Positions 62,757-64,000 of a stretch of 64,000 bases of DNA are shown here, piece by piece. Within the stretch, counting starts at the first letter, position 1; each line of letters begins with the position of its first letter. The translations under genes were made by a program, and so were the position numbers. The notes under the pieces were generated by a model, which was not told the DNA's origin, did no database searches, and saw only the letters and a program-made list of their open reading frames with translations. Origin of the DNA: Vicugna vicugna (taxonomy: Eukaryota); contig MU062811.1 in NCBI GenBank assembly GCA_013265495.1, positions 5,079,007-5,143,006 of the forward strand. The letters run 5' to 3'.

Positions 62757-63699
62757 CTACGGAGGGAGAGGCGGGGGAGGGTGTAACCAGTAAAGGTGCC
62801 CACAGCCAATGATACGAAGAACATGATTCCCCAAACTTGGTGGCGTGTACAGGGAAGGAACCTTCCCACCCAGAGTCTCTTTCTCTCTTTCCTTGGAGCC
62901 CATGAGGTGCCAGCCACGTTAAACACATCCTGCTACCTCAGTCTAGTCTCGGAGCACAGGTCCAACACATTTTTCCAACAGGCTCCAGCCTTGCATGTCT
63001 TTGGCCCTGGCTCATCTGTCCAGACCACCCAGTATAGTTGGGCGAACTCCTCTACTTCTTCCATGGCCCTGCTCAAACGCTCACCCCGAGCGGCCTTCCC
63101 AGCCTCCCACCCCTGGCAGTTGATCATATCCTTATCTGACTTCCAGGCCACAGCACACACTTCCTTGAGGACAAGAATGGTAAAGTTTGTCACCTTACTG
63201 TCGCCCCCAGGACTGGCGCACAGAAAAGGAGATGCTCAACGAGACTTCAGCCAGTGAACGGCGTCCGTGCCTGTCTCTCCACCTATTGAGGCCCCGTCAA
63301 GAGGCCACCCTGTCCTGTGGTAACTAGCCTCCCCTCCCACAAGATGCCCAAAGGACTTGCAGTGGTGATCGCGCCCGTCCCTACTGGTCGACATGGCACC
63401 CATTCTCTGTGCACACGGACCATAAGCTCCGATAGGGCAGGAACCCTTCTCAGCTCCGTCAGCTCAGTGCCCATGATCCCTCATGGCTGCACGTCTCTCC
63501 CACCTGAGAAGACGGGACAAAATACAAGTATGGGAGGCCCTAACCTGGGGACTGCATGGAAGAGGTGGCATCTGAAATGGGTATGAGCACTGGCTTGGTC
63601 CCAACAGCTCCAACTCCGAAGCTGGGTGTACCTCTCTCCCATATGACCACAGACAGGTACCTTGACCTCTATGGCCGCAGTTGGGCTTTCTTTCCCACC

Positions 63700-63860
63700 A
63701 CTCCTCCAAAATAGCTCTGGTCAAGGTCACCAATGTTAAACCCAGTGGTTAGCTCTTCAACTTAGTCATCTGACACATTGCGTCTTCCATCTTGATTTCT
63801 GTTACTTAGCCTCCAAGGCACCACCTTCTGTTGGTTCTTCTCTTACTTCACTGGGGTTCT
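63700..63860 (+). mobile_element. L2 fragment
   Basis: ctctggtcaaggtcaccaatg...cttagcctccaaggcaccaccttctgttggttcttctcttacttcactgg. Confidence 0.55.
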
Positions 63861-64000
63861 TTTTTGGGCACCTGGGTCAGATCCTTCTCCAGAAGAGAAT
63901 CGTCTTCTCACCAAGGCCTCCTGTGCCATCCCATAGAAAGCTGCCACCTGCCCCACCTGTGCCCTCAACGGCCCTCGCCGCTCCATGTCCTCCAGAGCAC

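Overview
Mammalian genomic DNA with two minus-strand genes in the same order as the human SPINDOC-MARK2 locus. (1) MARK2 (Par-1b kinase): coding exon 1 at 45594-45647, a ~36-kb first intron, and exons 2-16 from 9550 to the window start. Later exons lie beyond the window. N-gaps hide parts of exons 8 and 15 and the 5'UTR/TSS. (2) SPINDOC/C11orf84: exons 2-6 (62756 to the stop at 55292) with a poly(A) signal at 54705-54710; exon 1 is beyond the window end. Repeats include MIR, L2, old L1M 3' ends, an MLT1-type LTR, an apparently full-length Charlie1-type hAT fossil (34464-37024), a young L1 3' end and a tRNA-Ala-derived SINE resembling camelid Vic-1. That SINE, and the lack of any Alu, B1, Bov-tA or PRE-1 that I could recognise, suggest a camel/alpaca-type genome (inference). 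I found no prokaryotic-type system and no convincing novel protein-coding gene; most long ORFs in the track are antisense, low-complexity or N-gap artefacts. The most notable unexplained structures are a triplicated host/transposon junction in MARK2 intron 1, a ~75-86-bp periodic repeat in the MARK2 promoter, several candidate alternative first or cassette exons in intron 1, and unusual splice features (GC donor, NAGNAG acceptor, in-frame retainable SPINDOC intron). Repeat family names and human comparisons come from recalled sequences, not from a database search.
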